Below, piece by piece: positions 1 to 13,697 of a stretch of DNA of 64,000 bases. The DNA comes from Hydrolagus affinis. Taxonomy: Eukaryota. The notes beneath the pieces were generated by a model, which saw only the letters and a program-made list of their open reading frames with translations, was not told the origin of the DNA and did no database searches. A program made the translations under genes and the position numbers. The stretch covers positions 1-64,000 of the forward strand of contig JAAILG010000005.1 of the NCBI GenBank assembly GCA_012026655.1, read 5' to 3'. Positions within the stretch are counted from its first letter, which is position 1. Each line of letters begins with the position of its first letter.

Positions 1-2251
1 ATTAGCATGCAGTGGTAACACCTGTCCCCAAATATTTAGCATCAGAATGTCTCATTCCTTCTCATATCCATTTCACAGTGAGTGTGAAAGTAGGCCAAAA
101 ATGGACTGGTATTTATTTCCTTAGGTTTGTTATCATCTCAATTCCCTGCTGCCCTACTCCCAGGTCCAGCCCAATGCCTAGTTCTCAGTTGAGGTAAAGC
201 ACAAAACCGCTTATCAAACTGTCAAAATTCATCATGCCAAATCTGGATCAATTAATGAGGGAAGTGCAACGCCTGCTGTGCTGCTACATCTACATCTAAA
301 CATTTTAATTTAAACTTGAGTAGCAGCTATCACATTTTAGATAAAACCCTGAAACTTTAGCTTTGTAACAGATTTTACTGGCTAAAATGTGGCACTACAA
401 AGCTATGATGCCTAGAGGTGCAGGTGTTTCAAAGGGCAATAGGTTTGTTTTTAACCCGTTGTGCTGCATCTAATTGTCATCTTCCCTATGTATGGAATGC
501 AATAGTAATGGATATAATGTACTATGTGGATAAGGCAACAAAACATCAGAGTATAGACTGTGTATTGAAGGAGGGTGTAGATACAGAAACGTTACAGTCC
601 ACTGACAAATGTGGTTCAGTGCATTATGATCTGAATGTGCAACAGCAGGGGAGTGTGTGTCACAGATGGAAATACACATTGGCATGAATTGTTTTCTGAA
701 ACCTGTCGTAAATAGGTTTCCAAAACTGTTTCATACGAACGATGTTGATGCTTTCTGCATATTCTTTGTGCTCTTTGAGGTAGTAATCAAGAGCTGCCTA
801 AATGACAGAAGCAGAATTTCCAGTGCGAGACGTGGGAAAAACTAAAACAGTTGCTGGTTTTCCATTTTTACTTAAATTTCTGAAGGATAACATTCATGTT
901 ATTTTCCAATTTTTAGGAATCTTTGACTCTAAATATAGCTGCCTGTGCAAAGCAATCAAAACTCAATAACGGCATTCCTTCACTTGAATAGTAAATGTGA
1001 AAGTATGTATTCTGAGCAGAAGCAAAATGAAGCATGGACCAGGGCTAAGAATTTAATGTGGGCACCAAGTGGTTGCATTGCTGCTTTGCGCACTGAATTC
1101 AAAGGGAGGAGGAAAGGGCTGGAGTAAATGTTTCCATCTTCATATGTGTTATTGAAAGCAGCTTCAACTAGTAATTACTTAAAGTCTGGCTACTGAGCTA
1201 AGTTTGAGGAAAGGGCCCTTCATGAAAACATTAAAGAAAGATCCTCACTTTATACCCAAATAATCAAATTTGTTGAAAGATCATATTTTTGCTTCTCGTC
1301 TTTACAAGATTTATTTTGGCTACCGAAGACTGGTGCAGCTGCTTTTCAAGCTGCGTATGAATGCATTGACCAAATGCACAGTCATGGTACAAGGGAACAC
1401 AAAGCCACTTGTTGTTCTCAGAAGGCAGATTACTGTATTTAATACTTGGCAAAAATGTAGAAAAGAAAAAGTGCATTAGGGAGAATGAGACCTCCCCTCC
1501 CTCAGATTAAAAAAACAGTACTTATAGTTAGAACAAAAACTTTCTTCACTTTTAATCAGCAAGAGCAGGGAAAGACAGAAACATAAGAGCTTCTTAACTT
1601 GACAATGTAAAAAAGGAAATACTCTTAAGTAAACAACTCGGGAGGTTCAGCTCGATAATGGCTCAAAAGAACAAATCTGTTAAAAGTGACTGGTACTCCT
1701 GCAATTTCCTGTTTGAATGGCTTAACATGAACAGCAATAATTAATGAAGAAAGCTGATATTTCCAGAGAAATCTGGATTCTTAAGATTGTTCATTAAATG
1801 AATTTAAGTGGGTGTGTTTGTACTTCACACCCTAGTCTCACTATTAACTTCATGTTTCCACCCAGAGTCCACTGCAAATTTTAAATGCCAAGAATCAAGA
1901 AAATGTGTTGGTTCTCAGAAAACTATTGAATTTGGGCTCCCCAGAGTGATGTACTTTATGTGGTTCTTTGTTCAGCACATACCACTGATAAGTTCATGCA
2001 TTGTTGAGATTCTTTTGACGGGCACTAGTGCATATGGCACCAGTTAAACGCTAAGCTATATAGACCAGACGTACCGATGTTTGATTTTGAGTTGATGCTC
2101 GGTTATTTGATTTTAGCTATGCCATCAATTGGCCTAACCCGTAAACCAGGGGAAGAGGGAAAAAGCATCAAGGCTAGAATTCCTATTCGCTATCCTGTTA
2201 TCCATGCTGGAAAATGTACATGTGTGGGAGGAATGGGCTTTGGATGTAATG

Positions 2252-2910
2252 CAGAGCTGCCAACCTTCAAGGAAGATTTTCAGGAAGGTTGTTGTAATTT
2301 TTCAGGAAGGTTTGTTACATTTTCAGGAAGGATTTTGTTATTGCCTCTATCACTTCAGTATCAGCCAATAGTTAAGCCAGGGTTCGACATTAACAGGCAT
2401 CCAAGCACCCTGGACACCTTAATTTTAGCGTTGGGCGCGCAAAAAAAAAAAAGTTATGATCTACAACACACTTGGGCGCTTGAAAAAATCTGAGGGTCCA
2501 GCTGGGCCCCCTAAAAGAAAGATTTAGTGTGGAGCACTGGTCAAGCTTATCTTGTATTACTCTCTTTGGAGCTCCCATGCACGTGCGTGTACTACAGTAC
2601 AGCAGTGCAGCATACACACAGACACACACTGCATAATACACACTACGACTCCCTGTACATTGCAAAGAGGGGTTTCTGCTACACACACACACGGCCTTGC
2701 TAACTATTGCACACACTCCCTCCAGACGTCTGAGACATTGTGGACTTGTACACACGTACATGTAGTAACTATACGGGTGGTACAAAGGGGATTTAGTTTA
2801 AATTATGAAATGGCAAAAAATCAGAAGTTATTTATCTGGGATCGGGAGGACGGAAGGGAGCATGTAAAAGCGGAAGGCTTCCGCAAACATCGGGAGGGTT
2901 GGCAGCTCGG
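2252..2910. mobile_element. Non-autonomous hAT-like DNA transposon (MITE) with 6-bp TSD
   Basis: TIRs CAGAGCTGCCAACC / GGTTGGCAGCTCGG. GTAATG duplicated at 2246-2251 and 2911-2916. Subterminal GGAAGG/GGGAGG repeats. Confidence 0.8.
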
Positions 2911-3076
2911 GTAATGCTTCCACAGTCACAAAGTTTTCCAAACAGTTAACATCTTGACTTGCTTGGGCAAAGTACTAAAACCATCCCCTAGCAAGAGCCA
3001 ATTAGTGCAAGACAAAAAGGGGAAGTGAGAGAAACCAAAACCAGCTTCATTATGTAAAGCAAAAAGGATAACTTAC

Positions 3077-3183
3077 CTCATCTCTGTAGAGGGGACTGGT
3101 GTAGTACATGATGTCCATGGCACTGCTGTTTAATATGTCTCGCAGACCACGAATTTTATCAGGTGTAATATTTTCAACAATAT
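3077..3183 (-). CDS. DDHD1: DDHD1 exon 6 (107 nt); later exons lie left of the window
   Basis: Encodes DIVENITPDKIRGLRDILNSSAMDIMYYTSPLYRDE. Acceptor ttctag|, donor GAG|gtaagt. Confidence 0.93.
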
Positions 3184-3936
3184 CTAGAAAATTTAAATTT
3201 TCTTTCAGGAATACAGCCACTTTTCTTTATTGCACAAATATGTTGGGTAAATACTTGCTCCACCTCTGAAGCTTCCTACAAATGACAGCCTTGAGGGGAG
3301 TGGGCAAGAAGTTTAAGAACAATTTGGACCCAGTAAAAACAAAAGCAATGAATTTGGCTGCCTGGTAATGTACTTTCACTAGCTACTAGAAAAGTAAGAT
3401 TAATTGCCAAAAAAAATCCCTGTAATAAAAAAAGGATCTATAATTATAGAATCTTTATAGCCAGATCTAACATTTCAGAACTCTTCTGAAATGCCATGAA
3501 TTGTTGTGTTAGTTCTGCATCTTTTAAATAAGATTTTATAAATCTGTTTTCTACATGTATGTACGTTCTGTAAAAACATACTGTATTGTGTTTCTTTGTT
3601 TCCTGTTTTAAAATCTCTATCGAAAACAAAATTACATTTGTAAAGCGCCTTTCACATCAGGAGGATGTCCCAGGGTGCTGGATATTGCACACATCTCCCT
3701 GCTTATTTATTGCGATAATATCATTATCAATAAGAAAAAAATCATTGCAACATTTAGGTTTGAACACTTAAATGTTCGGCATTAAAATATTACCTTAAGT
3801 CATAAAGTTTTTAAATCATCTGAATTTTGACAAGCCTTCAACATTCGAAGATTCAGTAACACATTTACAAAATTTCATTAAACCCAATCCCACAAGAAGA
3901 CATTATCTAACAATGCCCATGTTTACATTTATTTAC

Positions 3937-4049
3937 CCCCATCCAGGCTGAGCTTTGATCTCCATTCCACTGGCAGAAACTCAACATATTCCAATTGCGT
4001 GCTGAGGGCAAAATGCTTCTCTTCAATTTTCCTCGCAGCATCTCTCATC
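3937..4049 (-). CDS. DDHD1: DDHD1 exon 5 (113 nt)
   Basis: Encodes MRDAARKIEEKHFALSTQLEYVEFLPVEWRSKLSLDG. Acceptor tttgcag|, donor |gtaaat. Phases match both neighbours. Confidence 0.93.
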
Positions 4050-4171
4050 CTGCAAAGAGACATAAACAATTAGCCAATAGTTTTTAAGGTTCATTCTTCA
4101 TAACATTTGTTACCAAAATATTTGACTACATTGGTTTTCAAAAGTGATTGCCCATGTCCGACAAGTTATAT

Positions 4172-4971
4172 CAGGGTTCCTGTACCTTGTGGGAAATAAA
4201 ATTCCATGACTTTTCCATGACCAAATTATGAAATTCCATGAATTTTTTGAATGGATACTTCAGTAGTTTTGTGAAATGTGCTATATTATCACCCCCGCCT
4301 TTTTTCGAGGGAGATTTCGTTAGCTGCCCCCTCCCTCTTTGTACATGTATTTTGATCCCGCGCTGTTAATTCCATACACGTGGTTCCATTTTTAGTTTAT
4401 GCCCGTTTTCCCATTTTACCCTTTTACCCTAGCCCCATGGTCACCCGCTCACTCGCTCGACACAAAACTCACCTTGGCCTTTATACCCTCCCGGCAAGGC
4501 CTCGGCTCCGCCCCTCGATCGCCCGCTCACTCGCTCAATACGAAACAGTGTGTGAAGGTGCGAATTTGTGCAGTATGTCAGTGCAGTGGCAAGTTTGCTG
4601 CTCTGCACTATGTGTTACGTGTGTGAGTGTGTGTCTCAAGTGGCAAAAGACTTCAGGCCACTGAACTAAAAAGGCCAGGTAAACCGCATGTGTACGTTAG
4701 GTTTTAATACATTGCGTATAATATACCTGGCATACACACAATTATTGATCAAGCACTTATTGTTTTCTCTGTACCCGCTTTTAATTCTTCCTTTGCAACA
4801 TTATTTACATTCAGAAATCAGAAATCAGTTTCTCTCGTGCTAGCTAACATTCATATAATTTTTTCCATGACTTTTGGCATTTTCGAGATTTTCCATGACT
4901 TTTCCAGGCCTGGAAATTGATTTCCAAAATTCTAAGACTTTTCCAGGTTTTTCATGACCGCGGGAACCCTG
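4172..4971. mobile_element. Non-autonomous hAT-like DNA transposon (MITE) with 6-bp TSD
   Basis: TIRs CAGGGTTCC / GGAACCCTG. TTATAT on both flanks. Subterminal TTCCATGAC repeats at both ends and a CpG-rich interior. Confidence 0.85.
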
Positions 4972-7808
4972 TTATATGTAACAGGGAACCACCAGCAAAA
5001 AGTTATCATAGGCTCAGGACCAGATGTGTACACATAACTGAAAACACTCCGGCATTCCAAGTATTCCAAGTGAACAAAATTATTAACACAAATTCTGGCC
5101 ATATTACAAGAAACTTCCAACATATTACAAATAATTATTATATGAATACTTTATTGTAGTTGGTTGTGTCAGTTGGTTTCTCCGACATGTTAAAACAAAT
5201 AACTATACTAAGCAATGGCTCAAAGGTTCACTTTCTATATTTATGTTCTTAACTCACTCTCAAAATGATTACATTTCTCATTATCGGGAGAGCTTTCCTA
5301 TTTAAAATAGATTAGTCAAGTGAACGTTTCAACAGTGTTATTAATACATGTTCAGCCTGAGTTTGTTTCATTTCAGTGCATTGAATAATCACAATGCACT
5401 GTAAATAAACACTAAAAACAGAACCATAAGGGCGCCAAATGTGCATAACCTAGCACTTTCCAAAATCCAACGAGGCTTTTAAAGCTGCACTCCTTCCTAA
5501 TAATTTTTTTTTACAGTGATGTGTGCTCAAAGACTACTTCCTGAGGATTACTGCTATTATCTACCTTACCTATAACCTCTCCAGCCTCCCTCCGGGCTGG
5601 AATAACCAGCTGCTACAAGAAGACAGCAACTTTCAGCCATCATTAAGTCTCAATTATGAGAAAAGAGAAAACAAAATATTACATTGTTAAAAGGAAAGTA
5701 ACAAATTTGGTCTGGAGTACTGGTGGCTTGGTTTTCAGTAAATGAGAATAATAATCATACTTCCACCATGACACTTTGGTGAAGAAAAATAATTGCATTT
5801 AGATCTATCTACAAGCATCGCATCACATGCTCGTCAATAAAAGCAGTTTCAACTTGTTCTTGTGGTATACAAAAATGTTTCATTTTTCTGTTGGTATTCT
5901 GAACAAAAATATGAATATTTCAGTTACAGTTGGCCCACAAAGAAATAAATTTCCACTTATGGAATGTAACGTATTCATGAGCAGACTCTCATGGAAATTA
6001 TATGCTACATTAATGCCTCCAAACTATCCTCCAATAATATCAGTGGCCAGGCAAACATATACACGCATCAAAGCATGAATTGAGAATTTATGCAACTCCG
6101 AGTAGCCATTTGATAGATGTTCACAGTAATCCATCGGATCACTGGCATTCTAGAAACCAGAAATCACGATCAGCAAATCACTGGATGAGAGGATTAGAGC
6201 TACCAGCGTTCCAAAAAAAGATTTCCAATTTTAGATAGAATTCCACAGTGCAAATCTTAATTCAGAATGAAGTACTGTCCTTGTTTGCAGGCTTTTTATT
6301 AGCAATCACATGTTTCTGTGCTATATTTGGAGGAAAACATACCAGGTACCACTGAAACAAAGTAATGTGGCATCACAGTTAGAGTTAAACTGTTGACTGT
6401 CCTAAGAACTAAAACGGATCGTGATCCTTTCCCCATCTCCTACGTTTCAAGATTGCTTGCATCTCCTAACAAGTACATCTGTTTTTAATGGTACCAGGAG
6501 AAGAGCACACTGCTTTAGCAGTCTTCACCTCATTAAGTTTTTAAGTCTCTAAACATTTAAGGAACTGCCACCTGTTATAATGAAAGAGGGTGAGGTTCAA
6601 GCAAGGTCATTTCTGCCATGAAATCACATTTGAAGCTGGCTGGTTACATTGGCTGTAAATCCCTTGCTGGATTTTTACTATTCATGACTGACAGATGCTC
6701 AACAAACTGCAAGCAGCGACTATAATTATACAATGGCATTTGAATTTAATGTCAGAACTATGAGCAGCATGCCATAGTGAAAGTCACACAAGCTTAGCCA
6801 CAGAGTAAAGTATTAAAAGCCAACCTCTATGGAATAGTATTCCAGTAAAAGATAAAACCTTCAGCAGAAGGGAAAAACCTGAAAGTGAGGAGTGTATTTT
6901 ATGGATTAGAACTACTTTCACACAGTAGCATGTATTTATATACAAACAGTGATATACATTTGCGTGCAGACAAACATTTAAAGATTCTAATTCTTTGCTT
7001 AAATATTTCATGAGAAGCATTTTGTGACACTCAGTGATGTGGCGGCCTTGAATTTTTGGTGGTAAACAATGACTATTACTCAGCTATCCATGTGCAGCTG
7101 GACCAGCCACACAATTAGCAATATAAATGATCTCATCGCTTTACAATTGCACATTTCTAAAGCCTAATAGAACAAATGCACATTTTCCTTTGCTGAAAGA
7201 AAGATAGACTCTGCACCCGTATGATCAAGAAAAGACATGGGTCCTAAACAACTTTACCTGGAAATACTATGCAAACTGAATGTTACATGATTGCCATCTC
7301 CAAAGGTTGACCATACCATGTATTCATTACTAACGTTAGTCATCCCAGCTCCTTGGGACGTCCTCCCGATGTGAGGTGCTGTACATGTAATTTTGTATTG
7401 TATTTCTATACAGAAATATTTCTCCAGTTACTTCACAATAGATGCCATAATAGAACCTTTAATGATGAGATTCCAGAATTACTACACAAGGAAACACATC
7501 ACTGGTTTTGATTTATTTTTTGAAAATCAAATGAACATGAACCACTTGGTTTACAAACAAAAAATTCATGCTATCTTTGAAGTTGGTTTACTGAAGAACT
7601 TACAGAAAACGTCTTCAAAATTTAGACTGCTTATCAGAATTTGCTAAACTCTGGATGCTCTAAATGCATAAGAGCAAATTTAAACCCAGGTGGAATTTCT
7701 TTCCCCAATATATAGTGAATCACTGTACAGATAATGGACAGTTTTACATTCTGTAGTAACTTTCAGTTTATTCGCTCCTTGTTAAGATACTTTGTATATA
7801 GTACTTAC

Positions 7809-7956
7809 ATGCCTGTATTTTTGATAATGCGACCTTGATCCATTTTTTGGCCTATTCCATGTATAACAAAGACGATATGGGTGGGGAGGGGAGGTTTGTC
7901 TTCCAGTGAAGACTCTTCGACATATCCTCTATGTAGTCTAGTCCCACTACTGGATG
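7809..7956 (-). CDS. DDHD1: DDHD1 exon 4 (148 nt)
   Basis: Manual translation ASSSGTRLHRGYVEESSLEDKPPLPTHIVFVIHGIGQKMDQGRIIKNTGM, with the conserved HGIG motif. Acceptor ttgcag|, donor |gtaagt. Confidence 0.95.
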
Positions 7957-8556
7957 CTGCAAGTATCAAGAGAAATATTCGCAATCAGTCATAAAGGAAA
8001 AGAAAAGGTAGTTAGGAGCACACTGTTAAAAGATATTCTATCTTTTAAATCAGTTGCTTGTAACAAACAAGTTCAACTATGTACTGAATTTGTTTTTAAT
8101 AATTGTAACCCAACACTGAGATTAAATCTACAGATAGTTAGGAATTATTCAATTTAAAAATCACAGTTCACCTCCCCAGATTGTGTTGAAGTGGGAGAGC
8201 ATACAATAACGAAATGATCGATGTGTTTTTTTAAAAAAAAATCTTCAGCCACTGGAATTTCTAGAAAACTACGAAATCAAAATGTGGGAAGAAATAAACC
8301 ACTGTTGTGATCAGACAATTAATTCTATTCTCTTCGAAAGGTCAAGAAAGTAATTTACAATTCTAGCAATAATAAAGCGAAAACCTTTTTCTAAAAATGG
8401 GTCTAAACACAGAATGCAGTTACCAGTATGATTTTATTAGCACACCGTGGCAATATATTGTCTTTCAAAACAGCCAACCTGAATTGTCTAAATAGTTTTA
8501 TTGTTATATTTGCAAAATTCCATACTTAATCAAAGAAAATGGTTGCCATACTGTAC

Positions 8557-8685
8557 CTTTGGAAAACCCCAGCTTCTGTGTAACTGTCCTGGCAATTTTA
8601 GATGTAGTTGCATCGCTGTAAAGGTAAACTTCATCTACACTGTACCAGTCTACGTGGTTGCGGCTGAGCTTTAAGCTATGTATAG
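8557..8685 (-). CDS. DDHD1: DDHD1 exon 3 (129 nt)
   Basis: Encodes AIHSLKLSRNHVDWYSVDEVYLYSDATTSKIARTVTQKLGFSK. Acceptor ccacag|, donor |gtacag. Confidence 0.95.
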
Positions 8686-9367
8686 CTGTGGCAGATAACA
8701 AAGACACACACATTTGAAATGCTAAGAAAACACATGCTTTCGTAAGGCAGTTTCTTGCCTATTCTATAATACAAAGGCAATGTCTAATACTAATTCAACT
8801 CATAGCAGTGCAAAACTGTTAACTCATGCATCAGTGATCAGGAGGCATGCTTGATTCAAGGATGGATTAGTAAATTAATGCAGATTAGATGAAGCACTTC
8901 ATGAACTGTTTGGTTTTCAAACTGATGCATAAATCACAAATCTTTAAATATTTTTTTCCTTCTCTGGTGGGTTATCATGGCCATGCTGGGCAATTAAGAT
9001 TAACATGTAACCAGTCTTAGTGAAATAGTTCATGAAGTGCAGGTCTCAGCATGTAAAATGTTAGTATTTATTTCCAAGCGAATTAATTTACATTTCCTTG
9101 ATAGATAATACTATTTCCTCTTCCTAAAAGCAGACACTAAAAGCAACCTATTATGTGGTTGCCAATCAAAAAAAATCTCCAGAAGTTGCAAATCAAGCAC
9201 TTGGCAGAGGGTTTATGCAGCAGGATTTCTGTGGGAACAGCAGTGAAAGGAAAATGTTCAAGGACAGCATATTTGCTGTGCTGTCAGGTTTAGGAGGACA
9301 GGAGAGTATAGTCTAATTGGAAAGCTCTTCTACCCAATAGCAAAACTACAGAATATTGTTACTGTAC

Positions 9368-9469
9368 CTTGGGAACGTTTTCTTTTGTTACATGCAGTGT
9401 CTGCACTTTCCTTATATCCTCTCCATTTGAACAGAGAAGGAAGGTAGAAGGGAGGCAGATGGTAGAAAA
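9368..9469 (-). CDS. DDHD1: Putative alternative DDHD1 cassette exon (102 nt, phase 1-1)
   Basis: Acceptor ctttctttactttgttag|, donor AAG|gtacag. Open in the DDHD1 frame: VFYHLPPFYLPSLFKWRGYKESADTACNKRKRSQ. Confidence 0.65.
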
Positions 9470-9961
9470 CTAACAAAGTAAAGAAAGTGAGCTTCATGGA
9501 TTTTGTGTTTACTTCACTGGAATCTTCAGATTACATGGGTCTTGAGAACTCAAAATATATGTTTGACATGGACATATTTAAGATAGAGATGACATTGCAC
9601 AGCACTAGCTTAGGTTATAATGCTCAATTATACCTAAACATATTTGGAAATGAAATAACATTAAAAAAACTTACCCACAAATGTGAGGTTACTATCAATT
9701 ATGAAATCTCAGGACCTATGATATCTGAAGCTTTATGCCAATTCTAGGATTGTCATTCTAAGGATCGCCAATTACCAGTAATTGGTCAGGCATCAGTCTC
9801 TTCATAATGGCTTCTTGATAAGTTCCACCATTGTTACGAAGAATGAAATTCGGTTATTTTCTGCTTTCACAATGTGCTGGAGTTCCATATAATTAGCACA
9901 ACCTTGCTCATATTTCATAGCAGATTTTCAGTTATCTCCCCAATATACTTTGTGAATTATT

Positions 9962-10061
9962 NNNNNNNNNNNNNNNNNNNNNNNNNNNNNNNNNNNNNNN
10001 NNNNNNNNNNNNNNNNNNNNNNNNNNNNNNNNNNNNNNNNNNNNNNNNNNNNNNNNNNNNN
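9962..10061. other. Assembly gap (100 N)
   Basis: Run of N within DDHD1 intron 2. Confidence 1.
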
Positions 10062-10664
10062 GGGGGAGGTGGAGGGGGTCAGAGAAGAGACTTTAAAAGA
10101 AACTAAACTTCAATTTAAATTTAAATTAGTTATTCAACCATTCCTCTGTTGAGAGTACTGAACCCTACCCTGTGAGAAAGCCTCTGGTAGCCAAGGTTCT
10201 ACAATATACTTATCTAAGAGGATAATGCTGCTTTTCTCCCTTCTGCTTAAAGCATAATCGGGACTATGATTATATCCACACGACTTCATCTAACCCGTAG
10301 ATCTGTTCAGCATCGCATACATTTGATTTTTAAAAGCAAATATTTTGCTTATAGCAAACTCAAAACTTAGTGGCAATGGTCCTAAAATTTGCAAATTCTA
10401 ACTGACATTATTTTCAATGCCTAGAAACAGATATATATAGGATAGTCTCCATTCTGCTGGATATCATTCTATTTTCTCTAACGAACTTAGTTTTGATCCA
10501 ATTAACAACAAGTTTAGTCTACTCCAAATCCTGCTAACCTACAAAAGATAAACATTGTAGATTTATGGTGCCTTTCACTGTAGGGAAGCCGTCACAAAGA
10601 GCTTCACACAACTGATTTGGGGGATGGGAGGAAGAAAGAAGTGGCAAAAGGTGGCCAAAAAAGC

Positions 10665-10880
10665 AATTGAGGGGGATAAAGGGCTTTAGTTATGAGGAGA
10701 GACTGGAGAAGTTGGACCTGTTTTCGTTGCAATAGATACGTTTGGTCGGGGGTGGGGGGAGAAGAAATGACCTGATAGGGATATATAAATTCATAAGAGA
10801 CTTTGTTATGGTACACAGAGAGAAGTTTTCCATTGGTAAGGGTGTCAGTAAGGAGGACACATTTCAAATTGTCTGAAGAG
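10665..10880 (+). mobile_element. CR1 LINE 3' fragment
   Basis: Encodes SYEERLEKLDLFSL..DLIGIYK, a CR1 ORF2 C-terminal motif. Confidence 0.8.
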
Positions 10881-11004
10881 CAGTGTTGAACATCATTCAA
10901 AAAGCACCAATAAAAGGAGAGTAAAACAAATCATACGCCACCTCTTTCAACATCCCTACCCCAATCCACATCCCTTTTCTCAGAAGACCTGACGAAATTT
11001 GCAA

Positions 11005-11334
11005 TAATGTAAAACCTCGATAATCCGGCACGGTTGGGTCAACTCGCCTCCCGGATTTCGGAGTTTGGCATATTTAGAAACCTACCTAGAAATAGCTGGG
11101 GAAGCTCTGCCCCATGCACTATGTGTGCTGTAAATACAACACTGAAGCCAAAAAATTCCTGAGCTCCACCCACTGTGCCGGATGACAGAGCGTCGATGCC
11201 GGGAACTACAAGCGGTTGTTCTGAACTTCGGGAGATTTGCCGGACATCGGAAAAAATCTAATACTGTATGGATTTTTAAATCTTGCCGGTTTTAAGGAGT
11301 TGCCAGGAATGTCGGATTATCGAGGTTTCATCTA
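11005..11334. mobile_element. Tigger/pogo-like MITE
   Basis: Inverted ends GTAAAACCTCGATAATCCGGCA / TGTCGGATTATCGAGGTTTCA with a CpG-rich interior. Confidence 0.75.
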
Positions 11335-13392
11335 CTAGGAACTGGAATTCAGCACAACACGCTAGCACATTATCCAGAAAATCAATAATACTATATTTCA
11401 AATATTCACACAAAAGTACTTCACCAAACCGATTATGGCGATTGTGCTAATCATATATAGTTCCATTTGATTTTAAATGTTGATGTTTAAATAATGGTGA
11501 CCCTGCTTTTAAAACCCCTGTAGATTGTAGACCATGTTGAATTTATCTCCCATGATAAGAGCGATCTCCGTCCCATCTTTAGGACATGGCTGATGATGCA
11601 AGCATTCTTTGCATGCAAATGCTGGACAAAAGCAAAAGCATCTGTTGACTTTAGGATATCATTCTGTGTTTCCTGGATATCAGAATCTATTACATCCAGC
11701 ACAAGCATACAGATAAATTAAAATAGCATACCAAATTAACAACATGCAAACAAAATGCACCCAAATGGTCCAATGTGTCTAGGTTATATATTAAAACAGT
11801 AACATCTGTGAACAAACAAGAATCTCTCTGCACAGGCACAAATTTTCCAATTTTATAAACAAAAACATGAATTTCATAATTTACTCATCAGATTCAGACC
11901 AGAGACCAGATCCCATGAATTCTTGTCATGCAAAAAAAATGCCAATTTATTCCATCTATTGATACAGTTATTTAACAATACTAATTTATTTTCATCTCCA
12001 CACCAGCTTCGAGAAGGCAGGCAGATAAAATGCGTTAACAGCTTCTGCCAATGCCTCTCTAGCTTCTCACCTCATCAGACGATGGATCAAACAGCCTGGG
12101 TGAACTGATTTTTCTCTCCCTCCATTGTCACAAGAGACCCAAACTCTTGTTTTACCATACAACCTTTAAATAAGCCACTCAGGCATTTAAAGATCTCTGC
12201 TCAGAAAATCGTGGAAATAAAGTTATCACTAAGAAGTGAAATGTCCATGACCAGATCTCACAAACCCACATTACAGATCAGTATTGGTATTTCATTGCTT
12301 TCCTACCTGCTGCATTATGCCACAGCCTCACTTCATTGTAAAGAATATCAGCCATGTTTGAATGGTAAGTAGTTGCAAACTAAGTTGGCACTTGAGCAAA
12401 CCAGTGCAATTAGTTAATTCCTGTTATTATCTTACCTGACATGTACACAAATCTCACATCACAAATTTAGGTTTTGATACCAGTCTCTCACCAGACCCAT
12501 ATAAGTTGATGAGAATTTCCACCCAATTAAAACAATGAAAAGGTCTCATACAATAAGGAAGCCAATTCTGGGAGGGACTAAATTCAATTTTGGCCATTAT
12601 TGCAAAGAAGTGAAATAAATATAGTAAATTGTTCATGGTGCCTCATCAATTTTCTAAATAACAGACACTCGCTGTAAGCACTGTTCACTTAACTAAATAG
12701 CAATATTAGTTAGGTAAGCGGAGGGTTACACCAACAGTAAAACAAATAATATTTGGGTGGTGGGGAAAGAAAGAAAATTATTTCTCTTTAAAATATTTTC
12801 ACAAAGCAAGTATGCTTCAAAAGAAAATCCAGCTTTTGCTCTATTTCTGGTGGCATTCGTTCATGAATAAATGCTAAACCCAAGTAATTAATCTCACGGG
12901 CAAGACTAGAAGAATCCAGACCTAGAACATTTTAATGTTCTGCTGGACAATAAATGAGTAATGCTGGGTGCAAATTGGCTGCCGTGTTTGCCTACAAATA
13001 TACTTCACAGAAAAGCCAGTTTTTGAGACACTGAGATTTTAGAAGCAATATCAAATACAAGGATTAACATTTTCTCATACCGGAAGATATACAAATTATA
13101 TTTTTGTAATATGACTGTCAGACATTCTGCTCTAATCTGGTTTCTTGGCCTCAAGCTACAGTATTGATTCTACAAGCACATTTCACTTCCTCTTGAATGA
13201 CTTTTCACACAAATAGTTTTCATTTTTTTAAGGAACAAGTCACTCTGAGTCAGCCACAATTGCAGATATGGCATTTAACCGTCACTTTTAACACCGCATC
13301 TTATATCGGTGAATATCAGACTAAGGTAATGAGAACATGTAGCGATTCCCTAAACGACAACTGTATTAAATACGGCAAACCTGAAGAATCAG

Positions 13393-13697
13393 TAATAATA
13401 ATCCTTGCATTTGATATAGTGCATTTCATGTTTTCTAGACGTCTGAAAGCACTTCACAGAATATACTGTAAAGTGAATTGACTGTATATTTTGTGGGCGA
13501 AACACGGGAGGCCAATTGCACAGAGCAGTGTCCTACAAACAGTCATGGATTAAGTGATCACTTTATTATTTTTTTGAGCGATTATTATCAGGCACATGGA
13601 ATAAGGAAACTTGCCCAAGGTTTTGCCCTGCTGGGAATTGAACCCACCTCTCTCGCTTGGTAGGCGAGTGCTCTAACCACTGAGCTTCAGGACTCCA
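13393..13697 (-). mobile_element. Young tRNA-derived SINE, full length
   Basis: Head GGAGTCCTG..GCTCAGTGGTTAGAGCACTCGCC..GGTTCAATTCC with A/B boxes; tail ATCAAATGCAAGGATTATTATTA. More than 10 copies in the window. Confidence 0.92.

Noticed and set aside
1-3000. DDHD1 exon 7 with the catalytic SHSLG motif
   Set aside because: Not found by eye or in the ORF track; presumably lies beyond the left edge.
12436-12567. Possible 132-nt cryptic DDHD1 exon (good CAG|gtaaga donor)
   Set aside because: Weak acceptor, in-frame stop and no recognisable peptide; consistent with chance.
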